The translations under genes and the position numbers were made by a program. From a virus (lineage: Duplodnaviria > Caudoviricetes), in the IMG/VR virus record IMGVR_UViG_3300028888_000002: a stretch of DNA of 64,000 nucleotides. One strand, 5' to 3'. A model generated the notes under the pieces. It saw only the letters and a program-made list of their open reading frames with translations, made no database searches and was not told the DNA's origin. Shown piece after piece: positions 47,972 to 58,186 of this stretch; the stretch's first letter is position 1; every line of letters begins with the position of its first letter.

Positions 47972-48913
47972 ATGAACGTTTGCGATTTAGATATTGAACT
48001 TTGGAAGTTTCGGGACATTTACTTTGACGAGGGACCCCACGTCTATACGGACTCTTTGGGGACCAAATACACGTCCGTCACCACGTTCGTGCAGCAGTGC
48101 GGTGAACACCTGGAACTTGAAAAATACGTGGGCGAGTTCTCACTGCAAAGCGGTGTCCCGAAGGACGACCTGTTTGCTATCTTTGACGGCAGTTTTAAGG
48201 ATTTGTCGCTTCCCGTAATTTACGAAATGCTTACGTGCGACAGGGCTGACGTTCCCGAAGACTTGCTGAAGGCTTTGGTTGCCCGTGACAAGTATAAGTT
48301 CTGCGACATTTTGAAATGGCGTGAAATCGCACAGAACTACGCCACGAAGCACAATATGAACGTTGCCGACGTGCAGGCTATGTGGGACAAGAACAAGAAC
48401 GAGGCTGCGTCTATGGGAACCCAGGTTCACGCCTATATGGAAAACCTGTGGCGACGTAAGCACTACGAACCCGAAGTTCCCGTGGGTGACTACGAAACCG
48501 TCCGAAAGAACGGGTTGGAAGCCTACAAGTATCTGTGCCGTCGGTTCGTCCCTATCCGTAACGAATTTATTGTCTATAAGCCCGAATGGGCTTTGTGCGG
48601 GACGATTGACTTTCTGTGTTGGGACCGTGCCGACGATTGCATAGCCATTTTGGATTGGAAGACAAACAAGAAAATTGACAGGGAAAACCAATATCGCAGG
48701 TGCGTGGGTCCGCTTGACGGATTGCCCGATTGCAACTTCACGCACTATTCTGCTCAATTAAGCACCTATAAGCTGCTCATAGAGCGAATGACAAACCTGC
48801 GTGTTGAAGAATTGGCGTTGGTCCACTTGAAGCGTGACGGTTGGGAGTTCATACCCTGTATGGACTTGAGCGTTGAAATAGGTGCCTATTTGGGCAATAG
48901 AAACAAGGGGTAA
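47972..48913 (+). CDS. PD-(D/E)XK exonuclease
   Basis: YTSVTT, GTQVH, CGTID, ILDWKTN, Y..QLSTY. Confidence 0.85.
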   Translation: MNVCDLDIELWKFRDIYFDEGPHVYTDSLGTKYTSVTTFVQQCGEHLELEKYVGEFSLQSGVPKDDLFAIFDGSFKDLSLPVIYEMLTCDRADVPEDLLKALVARDKYKFCDILKWREIAQNYATKHNMNVADVQAMWDKNKNEAASMGTQVHAYMENLWRRKHYEPEVPVGDYETVRKNGLEAYKYLCRRFVPIRNEFIVYKPEWALCGTIDFLCWDRADDCIAILDWKTNKKIDRENQYRRCVGPLDGLPDCNFTHYSAQLSTYKLLIERMTNLRVEELALVHLKRDGWEFIPCMDLSVEIGAYLGNRNKG

Positions 48914-48918
48914 AGATT

Positions 48919-49323
48919 ATGGCAGTTTCAGCCGAAGTAATGAAAGAAGTAATGCAGGAAGCAGCCGACTACTGCGGTGTTGAAATCGGGGACTTGTCGG
49001 ACGGCTTCCATACGTTCAACAGCCTTTACAGGCAGCGTTGCGTCCTGTTCGCCACGCTTGTGAACCTGTTCCCCGAACATTCCTGGAAATCCAGGAAGCA
49101 CGAAGACGGCAAGCCGTGTTTCGGGGGCGGTTGGTTCGTTGTCTGCATAGACACGCCCGACGGTCCGTATTCGTATCACTACGAAGACAAAGATTGGGAT
49201 ATGTTCAAGTGCAGGTCCCTGGAACGTGCGAAGCCGTTTGACGGTCATACGGACGAGGACGTTGGCAGGCTCTTGTCGCTTGCTATGCAGACGTTTGTCA
49301 AGCATACCCAAAATCTTGCCTAA
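48919..49323 (+). CDS. WDGH-type conserved phage protein
   Basis: SDGFHTFNSLY..R..LF, SWKS..H.DG, SYHY, FDGHT. Confidence 0.7.
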   Translation: MAVSAEVMKEVMQEAADYCGVEIGDLSDGFHTFNSLYRQRCVLFATLVNLFPEHSWKSRKHEDGKPCFGGGWFVVCIDTPDGPYSYHYEDKDWDMFKCRSLERAKPFDGHTDEDVGRLLSLAMQTFVKHTQNLA

Positions 49324-49385
49324 AATGGCGTATATCCGTAAGCCGTGCGTTTTGTCGTTTACGGATTTTTATTTATATTTAGGCT

Positions 49386-49772
49386 ATGGCAACAAAGCGT
49401 GATAGGGTAAATCGTGTAAAGGGCTTGGTCTATCTACCGATAGACGGTTCCCGCCTGGTTAAAGGCGAGCGGGTCACTTTGACGCACGTCCAGGAAGCTG
49501 ACATTTTCCCCGACGTGATTAAGGACCCTATGGAAATGCGGGAGCCGATAAATGGCGACGCTGTTGGCGACGCTATCTTTGACGCTATGAAGGAACCGAC
49601 CTATATTCCCGAAGTCATAGGGGACGACGAGTCGGACGAAGAAAACCCTATCGCTTTGGGATTTGAAGACGGTAACTTTAACATTTTGCTAGACACGGGT
49701 GCGTCGTCCTACGACGACGATTACAGCGAAGACGATTACCTGGTGTGCGACCCTATGGAGGGCGAAACCTAG
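49386..49772 (+). CDS. acidic hypothetical protein
   Basis: 128 aa preceding fibre gene. Confidence 0.6.
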   Translation: MATKRDRVNRVKGLVYLPIDGSRLVKGERVTLTHVQEADIFPDVIKDPMEMREPINGDAVGDAIFDAMKEPTYIPEVIGDDESDEENPIALGFEDGNFNILLDTGASSYDDDYSEDDYLVCDPMEGET

Positions 49773-49785
49773 ATTTGAGGTTGTT

Positions 49786-52236
49786 ATGGCAGCGAAGAAA
49801 GACATTGCAGTGACACGAATTTATCAGTTGGAACAGGGCGTTTACAACGGCAATTCCTATGTTGTGATTGATGACGGTGTTCGTAACCATAAACTCAAAA
49901 AGTTGCCGTTGTCGCAGATTAAGGGACAGAAAGGCGACAAGGGTGACAAGGGCGACAAGGGCGATACGGGTGCCCAGGGTCCGCAGGGTGAACAGGGTCC
50001 GCAGGGCGTTCAAGGTGAACAGGGCGTTGAGGGTGTTTCCCCTACTGTGACTATTGAATCTGTTGCCCCGTCGGGTGATACTCCGCAGGGCTACGAAGTC
50101 ACGATTACCGATGCCGAACACCCGCAGGGACAGACTTTTGAAGTCCACGACGGACGCACTTCTTTTGCGGATTGGCGTAGGGCTTACGCCAACCAACTTG
50201 CTCCGTATGCTGACAATAAGTTTGATTTGAATAGCAGTTTGGTTTCTTACGACGGTAGCAGCGACGATATTTATGTGGACGATGACGACCACAAGCTGTA
50301 TTTCAAGGCGGGTGTTTATGTTGTTATCGCCACGGTCATAGTTGAAAACACGTCCACTGCAAGTGCCTACAAGGAAATATCCGTGAATCCTGGTTCGGGT
50401 ATTGCAGGTCTTATTTGGCAGCAGGATTGGTCCATTGGTTCCAATAAGGAACGCAGGACGCTCGCCTACATTCTTGACGTTGCTAACGACGATACGCCAC
50501 TTACTCTTACGGTTGACGGCTTTACCGACGTTGAAGGTCATACGGAACTTTCCCGTATTGACTGTTATAAGTTGGCGGGTGCCCTTGAACCTGGTGGCGG
50601 TGGTGGTGCTTCGGTCACGATTACACCGACGTTCGGGAATGGGGTAAAGATTGCGGACTTCACCATTAACGGAACTAGCGGGGTTATCAATATCCCGCAT
50701 ACGCACGTTATGTGTGACGCTACGGGTTCGGGTGCTACCGACGAAAGCGTGTTACCGCAGGCAGGCTCCGAAGATACTTTGTATTTTGTCAAGGAATCCG
50801 TTTCGTTGGGAAGCAGGTCGCTTGACAGGTATAACATTTACATTTGGCGTGACGACAAGGTTCCTTCGCAGGACCCGTCCGCAGTATTCCCCGATAACTC
50901 AAAGTATGTTCTTGTGGACGAGGCTTCGTATTCTTCCACTGAAATCATTTCTATGTTCGGTGACGTGGGTGCTGAAATAGCAGCTATCGTTGAAAGCCGT
51001 ATTCTTTATACGGTTGAACTTGGGTCTATCACGACTCAAAAGCAATTTGAGTTTAATGGTTCTGTTGGCGGTTTTGTTTGGACTTTGTTTAACCCCAATA
51101 TGGATATGGAAGTCGTGGCGGGTGATACCCCTACGAACCTTGCGTTTGCTACTACGGATAATATCCCTATTAACGAATCGGGTAAGTATCTGTGTATCGG
51201 TATTTACGAATATGACCTGGAACATAACACGTTTTCTTATGTTGCTGACACGGGAAATATCGTTTCAACGATAACTGACAAGGGTGCAAGTAACAAGGGC
51301 TTGCAGGTTGTTCAAATAGCTAATGTGAAGCAGGACACTACAACGGGTGAATACAAGCAGCGTTTGTTGTCCGCTAAACTTTATGCGGTTGTGTTTGCGT
51401 CCAACATTAACCCGTTAAAGGTTGCGGGTTGCCCGTTTGAAAACGCAATCTACACTGTTCCGTCGTTGGGTTTGGCTAACTTAAATTATTCAATAGACCC
51501 CTCGGCTATGGCTACTAGCTTGCCGTCGTTTAGCGGGACTGAAGGCGATACACCGAATGGTTCCTTGTCGGAATTTCATATCTTTACGGCATTGACTAAC
51601 GTGCAGATTGTCCTACCGCCTGCACCTCCGCCACCGCCCGTCCCGACTTCCCCGTTTGTGACAATGCCCGTCACTACTTCTACGGGTGATTACACGGTAA
51701 ATCCGACGAAAGTTACTTACGATTCTAGTGAGTTTGACAACATTACTTTGGACACGTCTAGTGGCGTTCTGTTGCAGAAGATTGTTCCGCAGGCTGATGT
51801 CAATATCACCGCCTGGACGATTGTTGATACTAGCCCGAACGCTGTTACGAACAACCCGCCAGGTGAAATGGTCTATGACGAGAACTTCCAGGAAATTTGC
51901 GGGCATAACGCCACGTTGCAGGCTTCGCTAGACTCCGAGGGTGTTATGCCTGGGACGGGAAACCAGGCGTATGTGCATAGGTTCGTTGTTGACAACAATC
52001 AATCCATTCAGTTGTTGGCGGGTCATACCTATTGGTTCCCGATTATTTCCAATCCGAACCTTGCTGAATGGTGGTATGCTACCGTTTCGGAAAATGGCAC
52101 GACCGTGTATAATCCGACAACGAGCGGTGCTGCTATTAGCAGCTTGTATTACTTTGCTACCGAGGGTATCAAACAGACTATGCCCGTCGCACGTATGACC
52201 CTGGAAGACGACCAAAACAATACTTACGATATTTAA
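49786..52236 (+). CDS. collagen-repeat tail fibre protein
   Basis: (GXY)n GDKGDKGDKGDTGAQGPQGEQ, GVSPTV, poly-Gly and poly-Pro linkers. Confidence 0.8.
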   Translation: MAAKKDIAVTRIYQLEQGVYNGNSYVVIDDGVRNHKLKKLPLSQIKGQKGDKGDKGDKGDTGAQGPQGEQGPQGVQGEQGVEGVSPTVTIESVAPSGDTPQGYEVTITDAEHPQGQTFEVHDGRTSFADWRRAYANQLAPYADNKFDLNSSLVSYDGSSDDIYVDDDDHKLYFKAGVYVVIATVIVENTSTASAYKEISVNPGSGIAGLIWQQDWSIGSNKERRTLAYILDVANDDTPLTLTVDGFTDVEGHTELSRIDCYKLAGALEPGGGGGASVTITPTFGNGVKIADFTINGTSGVINIPHTHVMCDATGSGATDESVLPQAGSEDTLYFVKESVSLGSRSLDRYNIYIWRDDKVPSQDPSAVFPDNSKYVLVDEASYSSTEIISMFGDVGAEIAAIVESRILYTVELGSITTQKQFEFNGSVGGFVWTLFNPNMDMEVVAGDTPTNLAFATTDNIPINESGKYLCIGIYEYDLEHNTFSYVADTGNIVSTITDKGASNKGLQVVQIANVKQDTTTGEYKQRLLSAKLYAVVFASNINPLKVAGCPFENAIYTVPSLGLANLNYSIDPSAMATSLPSFSGTEGDTPNGSLSEFHIFTALTNVQIVLPPAPPPPPVPTSPFVTMPVTTSTGDYTVNPTKVTYDSSEFDNITLDTSSGVLLQKIVPQADVNITAWTIVDTSPNAVTNNPPGEMVYDENFQEICGHNATLQASLDSEGVMPGTGNQAYVHRFVVDNNQSIQLLAGHTYWFPIISNPNLAEWWYATVSENGTTVYNPTTSGAAISSLYYFATEGIKQTMPVARMTLEDDQNNTYDI

Positions 52237-52248
52237 GGGGACGTTTAT

Positions 52249-52587
52249 ATGATTAAGGATTACAGCAAGGCTGTTATGGCGACGAAGACAAGTCCCGAAG
52301 GCGTTGCCCTTTACGAAAAGGTAAAGGACCTTTCGGGTCGTGAGTATAACCGTGCCGTGTCGGGACCGTTCTTGGACGATATGCTTGATATGCTCAACGA
52401 CAAGCAGTCGTTGGATTTTTTACCGTATATGCCTACATTCCTGTCTGCGTTGCAGGCGGGTATGTTTGATACTGCTGCGAAGTATCTTGAATCTTTGGAG
52501 CTGTCCGAAGACCTTGAAGCTATCAAGGGTGAAGTCATTAGGCGTTTGCACGAAGCGGACGACGTTAAGGAGGCTGACAATGGCTGA
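52249..52587 (+). CDS. hypothetical protein, possible fibre chaperone
   Basis: Follows fibre gene. Confidence 0.55.
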   Translation: MIKDYSKAVMATKTSPEGVALYEKVKDLSGREYNRAVSGPFLDDMLDMLNDKQSLDFLPYMPTFLSALQAGMFDTAAKYLESLELSEDLEAIKGEVIRRLHEADDVKEADNG

Positions 52588-53032
52588 AATGAACAAAATC
52601 TTGACTAACGTTCAGCAGAACTTGTCCGACCCCGCAAAGGATTTGGCTCGCAAGAATATCGGTGCCTGCGGTAACGCCCCCGATGACGCATTCTATGTCA
52701 ATCGTGGTGGCGAGTGGGTCAAGGCATACGACTTGCAACAGATACCCATTGAGGGTTTCCCCGTGGACGACACCGAGGAATATCAAAAGATTGGGGAGTT
52801 CAACGGCTATCTATATCCGTATGTGGCTATCGGGGTTGAGGGGACGGCAACTGTCGGTCTGTTCAACTACGATACAAAGGAATACGACGACGAGATAACC
52901 TTGACGGACGGGGCACAGACAACAGAAATTTCAACAAGGGGTAAATATGAAATACACGCAAAAGGAACAGGGATTGTCACTGTGGTTGTGCAGGCTGACG
53001 AGTTTGAAGCGGAGGGCAGCGGAAATGAATAA
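52580..53032 (+). CDS. fibre-associated protein
   Basis: QNLSD.AK..ARKNIGA and APDDAFYVNRGGEW fibre motifs; AAGGAGG RBS. Confidence 0.6.
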   Translation: MAEMNKILTNVQQNLSDPAKDLARKNIGACGNAPDDAFYVNRGGEWVKAYDLQQIPIEGFPVDDTEEYQKIGEFNGYLYPYVAIGVEGTATVGLFNYDTKEYDDEITLTDGAQTTEISTRGKYEIHAKGTGIVTVVVQADEFEAEGSGNE

Positions 53033-54101
53033 GTTAAGCGGAATGTTATCACAAGTAATGATTTTTATCTTGTCCGTTGCCCTTGCGACCGTTGACGGGT
53101 GGGGGGCGTGTACTTCGGGCGACTATTACCCAAGAAACGGTTCTGTGTCTGTAGTTGGTTGTGCTAAACCTTTATCATCTTTTTGTTCTTATTCCCCGTC
53201 ATCTACTGTTACCGATAATAACTATTATTATGCAAATTGTACGGCGGGAATAATTGTATATTGTTCAAATACGGATAGGGTTTGGAATTGTCATACAAAT
53301 AGTGGCTCTAATGTGCGAGTTACTCAATATCCCATCCCATCGGGTTGTGGTGGTAATATTTGCGGTTCTCTTCCCTTTTATGCTTTTTGTACTTCTCGAT
53401 GTGACAATAGTTGTGAAGCAGATAGTCTAAAATGTTTGCAGAATGGTGGCACTTGGACGAACACGGGAGCGTCCACCTGCGACGGAAAGTCCTGCAAAAT
53501 GTCCAACTGCCTACAATCGGACACGCTTTGGCTCAACGACTCAAAGGCTGCTTGCGATGCCATCGGTGGCGAGAACAACTATGCCATAACCGATATAGAC
53601 GAAACTTGCGTCCGCAGCGGTATCTGCTGCCCGCCCGATTCAGCCCTAGTAGGCAATACTTGTAAGTGGCGTTGCGATAGCCTATACAACGCCTGCACCG
53701 CAAAGAACGGCTACCTGTATGCGGGTGTCCTGCAAGACACGACCATAAGCGGTGCCGACTCTACATTTACGAACAAGTGCTACTACAACTGCTCTTATGC
53801 TTACAATAAGGACTCCACCACGTCCGTAACGGACGGAAACACCGCCTGTTCTAGCCCGTCAACTCCAATCGCTGACTGCACTAGAATGCCGAATGATTTT
53901 TCGTCCGTCCGAACCACCTACGGGGACTCTGTATATTCCTACGATTTCCTAACCCCAGGTTCGGCAGCATATATAGACTCTATCGTCCTTACGCCTTGCT
54001 CAAGGTTTATGTATCGTTGCACGGTCAACGGTAAATACAAGTATTGGTATAGTGACGCAGACATTCCTACGGGCTGCACGAACATTGTCAAGATTAAATA
54101 A
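53025..54101 (+). CDS. secreted cysteine-rich protein
   Basis: N-terminal signal-like hydrophobic stretch; very many Cys; AT-rich N-terminal cassette. Confidence 0.7.
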   Translation: MNKLSGMLSQVMIFILSVALATVDGWGACTSGDYYPRNGSVSVVGCAKPLSSFCSYSPSSTVTDNNYYYANCTAGIIVYCSNTDRVWNCHTNSGSNVRVTQYPIPSGCGGNICGSLPFYAFCTSRCDNSCEADSLKCLQNGGTWTNTGASTCDGKSCKMSNCLQSDTLWLNDSKAACDAIGGENNYAITDIDETCVRSGICCPPDSALVGNTCKWRCDSLYNACTAKNGYLYAGVLQDTTISGADSTFTNKCYYNCSYAYNKDSTTSVTDGNTACSSPSTPIADCTRMPNDFSSVRTTYGDSVYSYDFLTPGSAAYIDSIVLTPCSRFMYRCTVNGKYKYWYSDADIPTGCTNIVKIK

Positions 54102-54113
54102 GGAGGCTCACAA

Positions 54114-54341
54114 ATGACCGCAAAAGACCTACTCAAACTTGCTGCTTCGGCACCTATCGCAGTCGCTTCTTCGGGAGCTGCGTATGTTGCAGCTACTACG
54201 GACTCCGACGAAAACGCAAAGAAGATAGAACAGCTTGAAGAACGCCTGGAACAGTTGCAGGAACAGAACAAGGGCTACGTCTATATGCTCCAAAAGGCTG
54301 AAAACGAAATAGTCCTGCTCAAATCTAACAAGGCGAAGTAG
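54114..54341 (+). CDS. small membrane/coiled-coil protein
   Basis: AGGAGG RBS; hydrophobic N-terminus then heptads. Confidence 0.6.
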   Translation: MTAKDLLKLAASAPIAVASSGAAYVAATTDSDENAKKIEQLEERLEQLQEQNKGYVYMLQKAENEIVLLKSNKAK

Positions 54342-54393
54342 CCCTAATTCGTTGGGTTATTGCTATATTATATCTACTCACAGGGGTTTTACC

Positions 54394-55962
54394 TTGAATA
54401 TCTTTGGACAGTTTACACAGCGGTTTTTGAACACCTTTGCGGACTACACGATGCTCAATCAAATCGGGCAACGTGTTACGTCCGTTGAAGAACTTATTGC
54501 GTCTAACGAACACGACCGCCAGGTTATTCGCCAAATGGCTTCTAACGGGTCGTCCCAAATGTATCTGCTCACGCAGTTGTATGAGCAGTTCACCCGTTAC
54601 CGTGACGACGTAAACAAGTATGAACCGCTGAAAGCCCATTACCTTGTAATGGCTATGATTGAAACTATGTCTTACGATATTCTTGCGGTGGACCCCCGCA
54701 CGAACCTTACGTTTGACATTACCGTTGACGACCGCTACAACAAGTCCAACGTGGCTAACCAAATCGTCAACACGTTCCGTCGCTCCACGCAGTTGGATAA
54801 ATACATTTCCAAAATCCTGTTTGACGCTATCTTTTACGGTCAGTATTTCGTTGAGTATATTCGTGACAAGCAGGGTCATATCGTAGGGTTGAAAGACACG
54901 TTCCAACCAGGCTCTATCTTTACGATTACGTTGGAAGGTCTTAACGCCACGCCAATGTATTACAAGCTGTCTGTGGACCAAACCAACCATATTGAAATCC
55001 TGGATAACAAGGAAATCGTGTGTTTGGATATGCAGTCCGACCGCTACCGCTATTCCTTGTCGTCTATGAACGTGTCCTTGCAGTCCAGGGACGCAGTTAT
55101 CGCACAGAACGGTAGCCTGGGTCGTCCGTTCTGCTTTGAAATCTACGACAAGCTGACCGCCCTGGAAATGTTGGAGCAGTTGGACCTTGCGTCCATTAAC
55201 GCTTCGCTTCAACGTAACTCCCTTGTGTCCGTTACGGCTCCCGACGGTCTTGACCTGGAACAGTTGAAGGAATTTACAGCCTGGTATGAAAAGGCGATAA
55301 ATAATACGGGTGGTGATACGGTCACGTCCTATAACCTTGATACTATCCGTATGTATGCAGCCGAAGCCACGAAGCTGCGTGTAATCCCGCAGCAAAGTCA
55401 GCGTGGGGCTATCGCTGCTTCCCTGGGTGCTGCCGAAAACGCAAGCGTTGAGGGTCTTCCCGACCGCATTAACAACCTGCGTAACCTAATCCTGGATATT
55501 AAGTCCATTCCTGCCGAATTTATCTTTACGGGTCGTGACGAACAGAAAGTTGGCGGTGCGTTAAGACGCTACGCCCGCTATGCCCGAAAGGTAAAGGCGG
55601 GGCAGGCTGCGTTACAGGCATTCCTGGAAAAGATTGTTACCGACCTGCTCAAATCCTACGGGCACGACGTTACGGGCAACCTTGTTATTCAGCAGTATTG
55701 TGCTATCAATACGTCCGAACTTGACCGCCTGGAATATGCGGACGCTTCCGCTACGGTTATTAGCAACGTCTTTACAGTTCTTGATACGATTGTCAATAAC
55801 GAAAAGATTGCACCTTACGTCAATATCAAGGCTTATATCGCTTATGTGGAATCGCTGCTTGATGGTCTTGCGGGTGCTTCGCAGATTATTAACGTGGACG
55901 TTAATAACGCAGACGCAAAGTCCAATAGCGGTAAGAACGCACCGTTAAAACAGAATGGCTAA
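54394..55962 (+). CDS. portal protein (T4 gp20-like)
   Basis: About 520 aa; DAIFYGQYF, INNLRNLILDIKSIPAEF, RYARYARKVKAGQ resemble gp20-type portal segments; TTG start after GGGG RBS. Confidence 0.7.
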   Translation: MNIFGQFTQRFLNTFADYTMLNQIGQRVTSVEELIASNEHDRQVIRQMASNGSSQMYLLTQLYEQFTRYRDDVNKYEPLKAHYLVMAMIETMSYDILAVDPRTNLTFDITVDDRYNKSNVANQIVNTFRRSTQLDKYISKILFDAIFYGQYFVEYIRDKQGHIVGLKDTFQPGSIFTITLEGLNATPMYYKLSVDQTNHIEILDNKEIVCLDMQSDRYRYSLSSMNVSLQSRDAVIAQNGSLGRPFCFEIYDKLTALEMLEQLDLASINASLQRNSLVSVTAPDGLDLEQLKEFTAWYEKAINNTGGDTVTSYNLDTIRMYAAEATKLRVIPQQSQRGAIAASLGAAENASVEGLPDRINNLRNLILDIKSIPAEFIFTGRDEQKVGGALRRYARYARKVKAGQAALQAFLEKIVTDLLKSYGHDVTGNLVIQQYCAINTSELDRLEYADASATVISNVFTVLDTIVNNEKIAPYVNIKAYIAYVESLLDGLAGASQIINVDVNNADAKSNSGKNAPLKQNG

Positions 55963-56524
55963 AAAGGATTACATTTACGTTCACGGCAAGCCCATCCACG
56001 CAAAGAAGCTGAAAGAGGCTTGCGAGTTCAACAAGGGCTGCTCACAATACATAACAGCCCGTAAGAAAGCCCGTGAGCGTTCCAGGCAAATCCGTGAAAA
56101 GAACGGTCCGCAGTCTATGGAATGGGTGCAGTCCGCTCTTTTCCTGTATGCCTGTAAGAAGTATGGATTGAGCAAGGACTTGAAGCGGGCGATATGGGCT
56201 TACACCACAGCTATGGTCGTGAAGTTGGAAAAGTTCGTAGCCGACTCCGAAAAGATAGCTAGTCGTGAGGGTATCGCAGACACGTTCCATTGGGTCGCCT
56301 TACAGCTCCGTGCAGCTATTCGTCAACATACAAAGCTGCTAGATATGTTCAAGGACGAAGACGTGGAAATCCCGCCTTTGTCAAAAGAGGGTAGCTGCAT
56401 AAGCGGTATTACGCACCACCCGACGGACAAGGACACGGACGAAGCCGTTACCTATGTCTTGACGGATTTCAAGCAGCAAAATCCCGAAGCCGAACACCTG
56501 CTTCCTAAAAAAGACGAAATATAA
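55955..56524 (+). CDS. hypothetical protein
   Basis: 189 aa overlapping portal end. Confidence 0.65.
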   Translation: MAKKDYIYVHGKPIHAKKLKEACEFNKGCSQYITARKKARERSRQIREKNGPQSMEWVQSALFLYACKKYGLSKDLKRAIWAYTTAMVVKLEKFVADSEKIASREGIADTFHWVALQLRAAIRQHTKLLDMFKDEDVEIPPLSKEGSCISGITHHPTDKDTDEAVTYVLTDFKQQNPEAEHLLPKKDEI

Positions 56525-56597
56525 TAGATAGCTTATAGTGCTATGTATGTTATTGGGAAATGGTAGCCTCGGTGAGCCGTGCCCATAGACAAGTTGG

Positions 56598-56760
56598 GCG
56601 AAGGAATACGTGAGTATGTGAACTATTTAAGCGTAGAATTGCTTAAATGGATTGTTTTCGCATCAACGGGTTTGCGTGTGTCCCACTATCACTAGCGGGC
56701 ATAGTGGCAACTCCCTCAACGGTGGCTTGTTCCAAGCACACGGCTCTCTTTGACGAGCCA
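56598..56760 (-). ncRNA. putative omega-RNA of TnpB with guide ATACTCACGTATTCCTTCGC
   Basis: TnpB omega-RNAs overlap the gene 3' end and take their guide from the flank beyond the right end; 5' limit uncertain. Confidence 0.5.
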
Positions 56761-57990
56761 ATCATCAAGACTACACGGGCAGAATGAGTGTCCCTGTCCA
56801 TAGTATAACCACAACCGCACTTGTAGGTTCTATCCGCAAGCGTGGGATGGTTTATACATCCACAGGCAGGACACATCTTTGTGGTTGGTTCCCATTTGGA
56901 AATTTTGAAACTGCGACCGCTCGCTTCCAATGCGACAAGTCGCTGCTTCAATGACCCAAGACAGGATGATTGAACCTGTTTTCCAAACAAGCCCTTCTGC
57001 CACCCCTTAATCTGCTCGTCTTGAAAGTAAATTACATCATAGTCGGTCGTTAATTTGTGGTATATCTTGTTGGCGAAGTCTTTTCGTCTATTTGCCAATC
57101 TTTCATACTCACGCCTTAATTGACTCATACACCTGTAATACCGCTTTGACTTCTTCTTGTTCTTCTCAACTCCACGCTTGTTCAGTTTGCGTGACAGAAA
57201 TTTTAGATAGTCAATTTCTCGCACATCACATTTGTATTTGTCACCGTATGACGTTGTTATGGAATCCTTTATGCCGAAATCAAGACCAACGTTCTTGTGG
57301 GTAGGAATCCTTTTGGATTTCGGCAGCATAACGCTAACTTTTAAGTAATAGCCACTAGCCTTACGAACAAGTTTAGCGTCTGCTATTTCAAACTTCTCAA
57401 ACTGCTGTAATTGGTCAAGTCCGTGAACACGTAGTTTGCGGAATCCTGGAATTGTAATCCTGCACCCGTCCAGGATTTGTGTGTAGCCCGTAATGATAGG
57501 CAGGCAATTAACTTCGGATTTGAATTTTAATGCCCCGACCTTGATACCCTTCTTCTTGGCTTTTGCAAGGTTCACAATGTCTGTTCTCTTTTGGGCGACT
57601 GTCGCCCTGTGGAGAACGGACGGGAGTGAAATAGTGTCTGTTATCGGGTTCTTGTCCTTGTCGTAGTGAACTACGTTCTTATGTTCCGTGTATTTGTAAT
57701 CAAACAGGGAGATGTCTTTGCTCTTGTTGGAGAGCGATAACATATCGTTCACGACCCACTTTGCTTCCTTGAAGCATTGGGCTAACTTCGTAAATACTTC
57801 TTTCGGGTTATGCCGTATGGAAACCTTGAGTTCAAAGACACGGCAAACCTGTGTTTGCCGTCTAGCCCTTGTTTCGGAAATGGACTCCCGAATCCTGGCT
57901 TTAGTGTCTTCGCTTCTTACTGTTTCCATAGATTTGACTTAAACGGACATTTCTCAATATCTAACTCAAATATAGATTATTTTGTGGCAT
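56618..57990 (-). mobile_element. tnpB-only (IS1341-like) element, left end approximate
   Basis: Opposite orientation to flanks; right end hairpin TTTAAGC..GCTTAAA followed by TAGTTCAC; no tnpA. Confidence 0.65.
56643..57929 (-). CDS. tnpB: TnpB RNA-guided endonuclease (IS200/IS605-type)
   Basis: RuvC-I VGLDFGIK, RuvC-II YFQDE, TTKMCPACG..CGCG Zn finger, RuvC-III MDRDTHSA. Confidence 0.92.
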   Translation of the reverse strand: METVRSEDTKARIRESISETRARRQTQVCRVFELKVSIRHNPKEVFTKLAQCFKEAKWVVNDMLSLSNKSKDISLFDYKYTEHKNVVHYDKDKNPITDTISLPSVLHRATVAQKRTDIVNLAKAKKKGIKVGALKFKSEVNCLPIITGYTQILDGCRITIPGFRKLRVHGLDQLQQFEKFEIADAKLVRKASGYYLKVSVMLPKSKRIPTHKNVGLDFGIKDSITTSYGDKYKCDVREIDYLKFLSRKLNKRGVEKNKKKSKRYYRCMSQLRREYERLANRRKDFANKIYHKLTTDYDVIYFQDEQIKGWQKGLFGKQVQSSCLGSLKQRLVALEASGRSFKISKWEPTTKMCPACGCINHPTLADRTYKCGCGYTMDRDTHSARVVLMIGSSKRAVCLEQATVEGVATMPASDSGTHANPLMRKQSI

Positions 57991-58186
57991 AAAAGAAGCT
58001 ATTTATTGCTTATATTCTGCTAGAGGGTCTAGCACATACCCTAAAGAGGACGTGTCTGCAACAGGATATATGCCATTTTATAAATATATAACAGATAATC
58101 TATTGCAAATAGGGCGGTATTATGTTATATTTGTAGTGCGACAACCACGTAATTTGATTCTTTTATAAAGATAAAGGATTGGTGGT

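Noticed and set aside
49920-50040. Short tandem DNA repeats
   Set aside because: Encode collagen GXY repeats; not a CRISPR array
53025-54101. Diversity-generating retroelement target
   Set aside because: No reverse transcriptase or template repeat in the window; the variable part is N-terminal and compositionally foreign
56530-56617. Further anti-RBS RNA (GGTAGCCTCGGT plus small hairpin)
   Set aside because: No convincing enclosing stem, promoter or terminator, and it abuts the TnpB end; too weak to call
56643-57929. Possible Cas12f/type V CRISPR effector
   Set aside because: No repeat-spacer array or cas genes; IS-type right end fits TnpB
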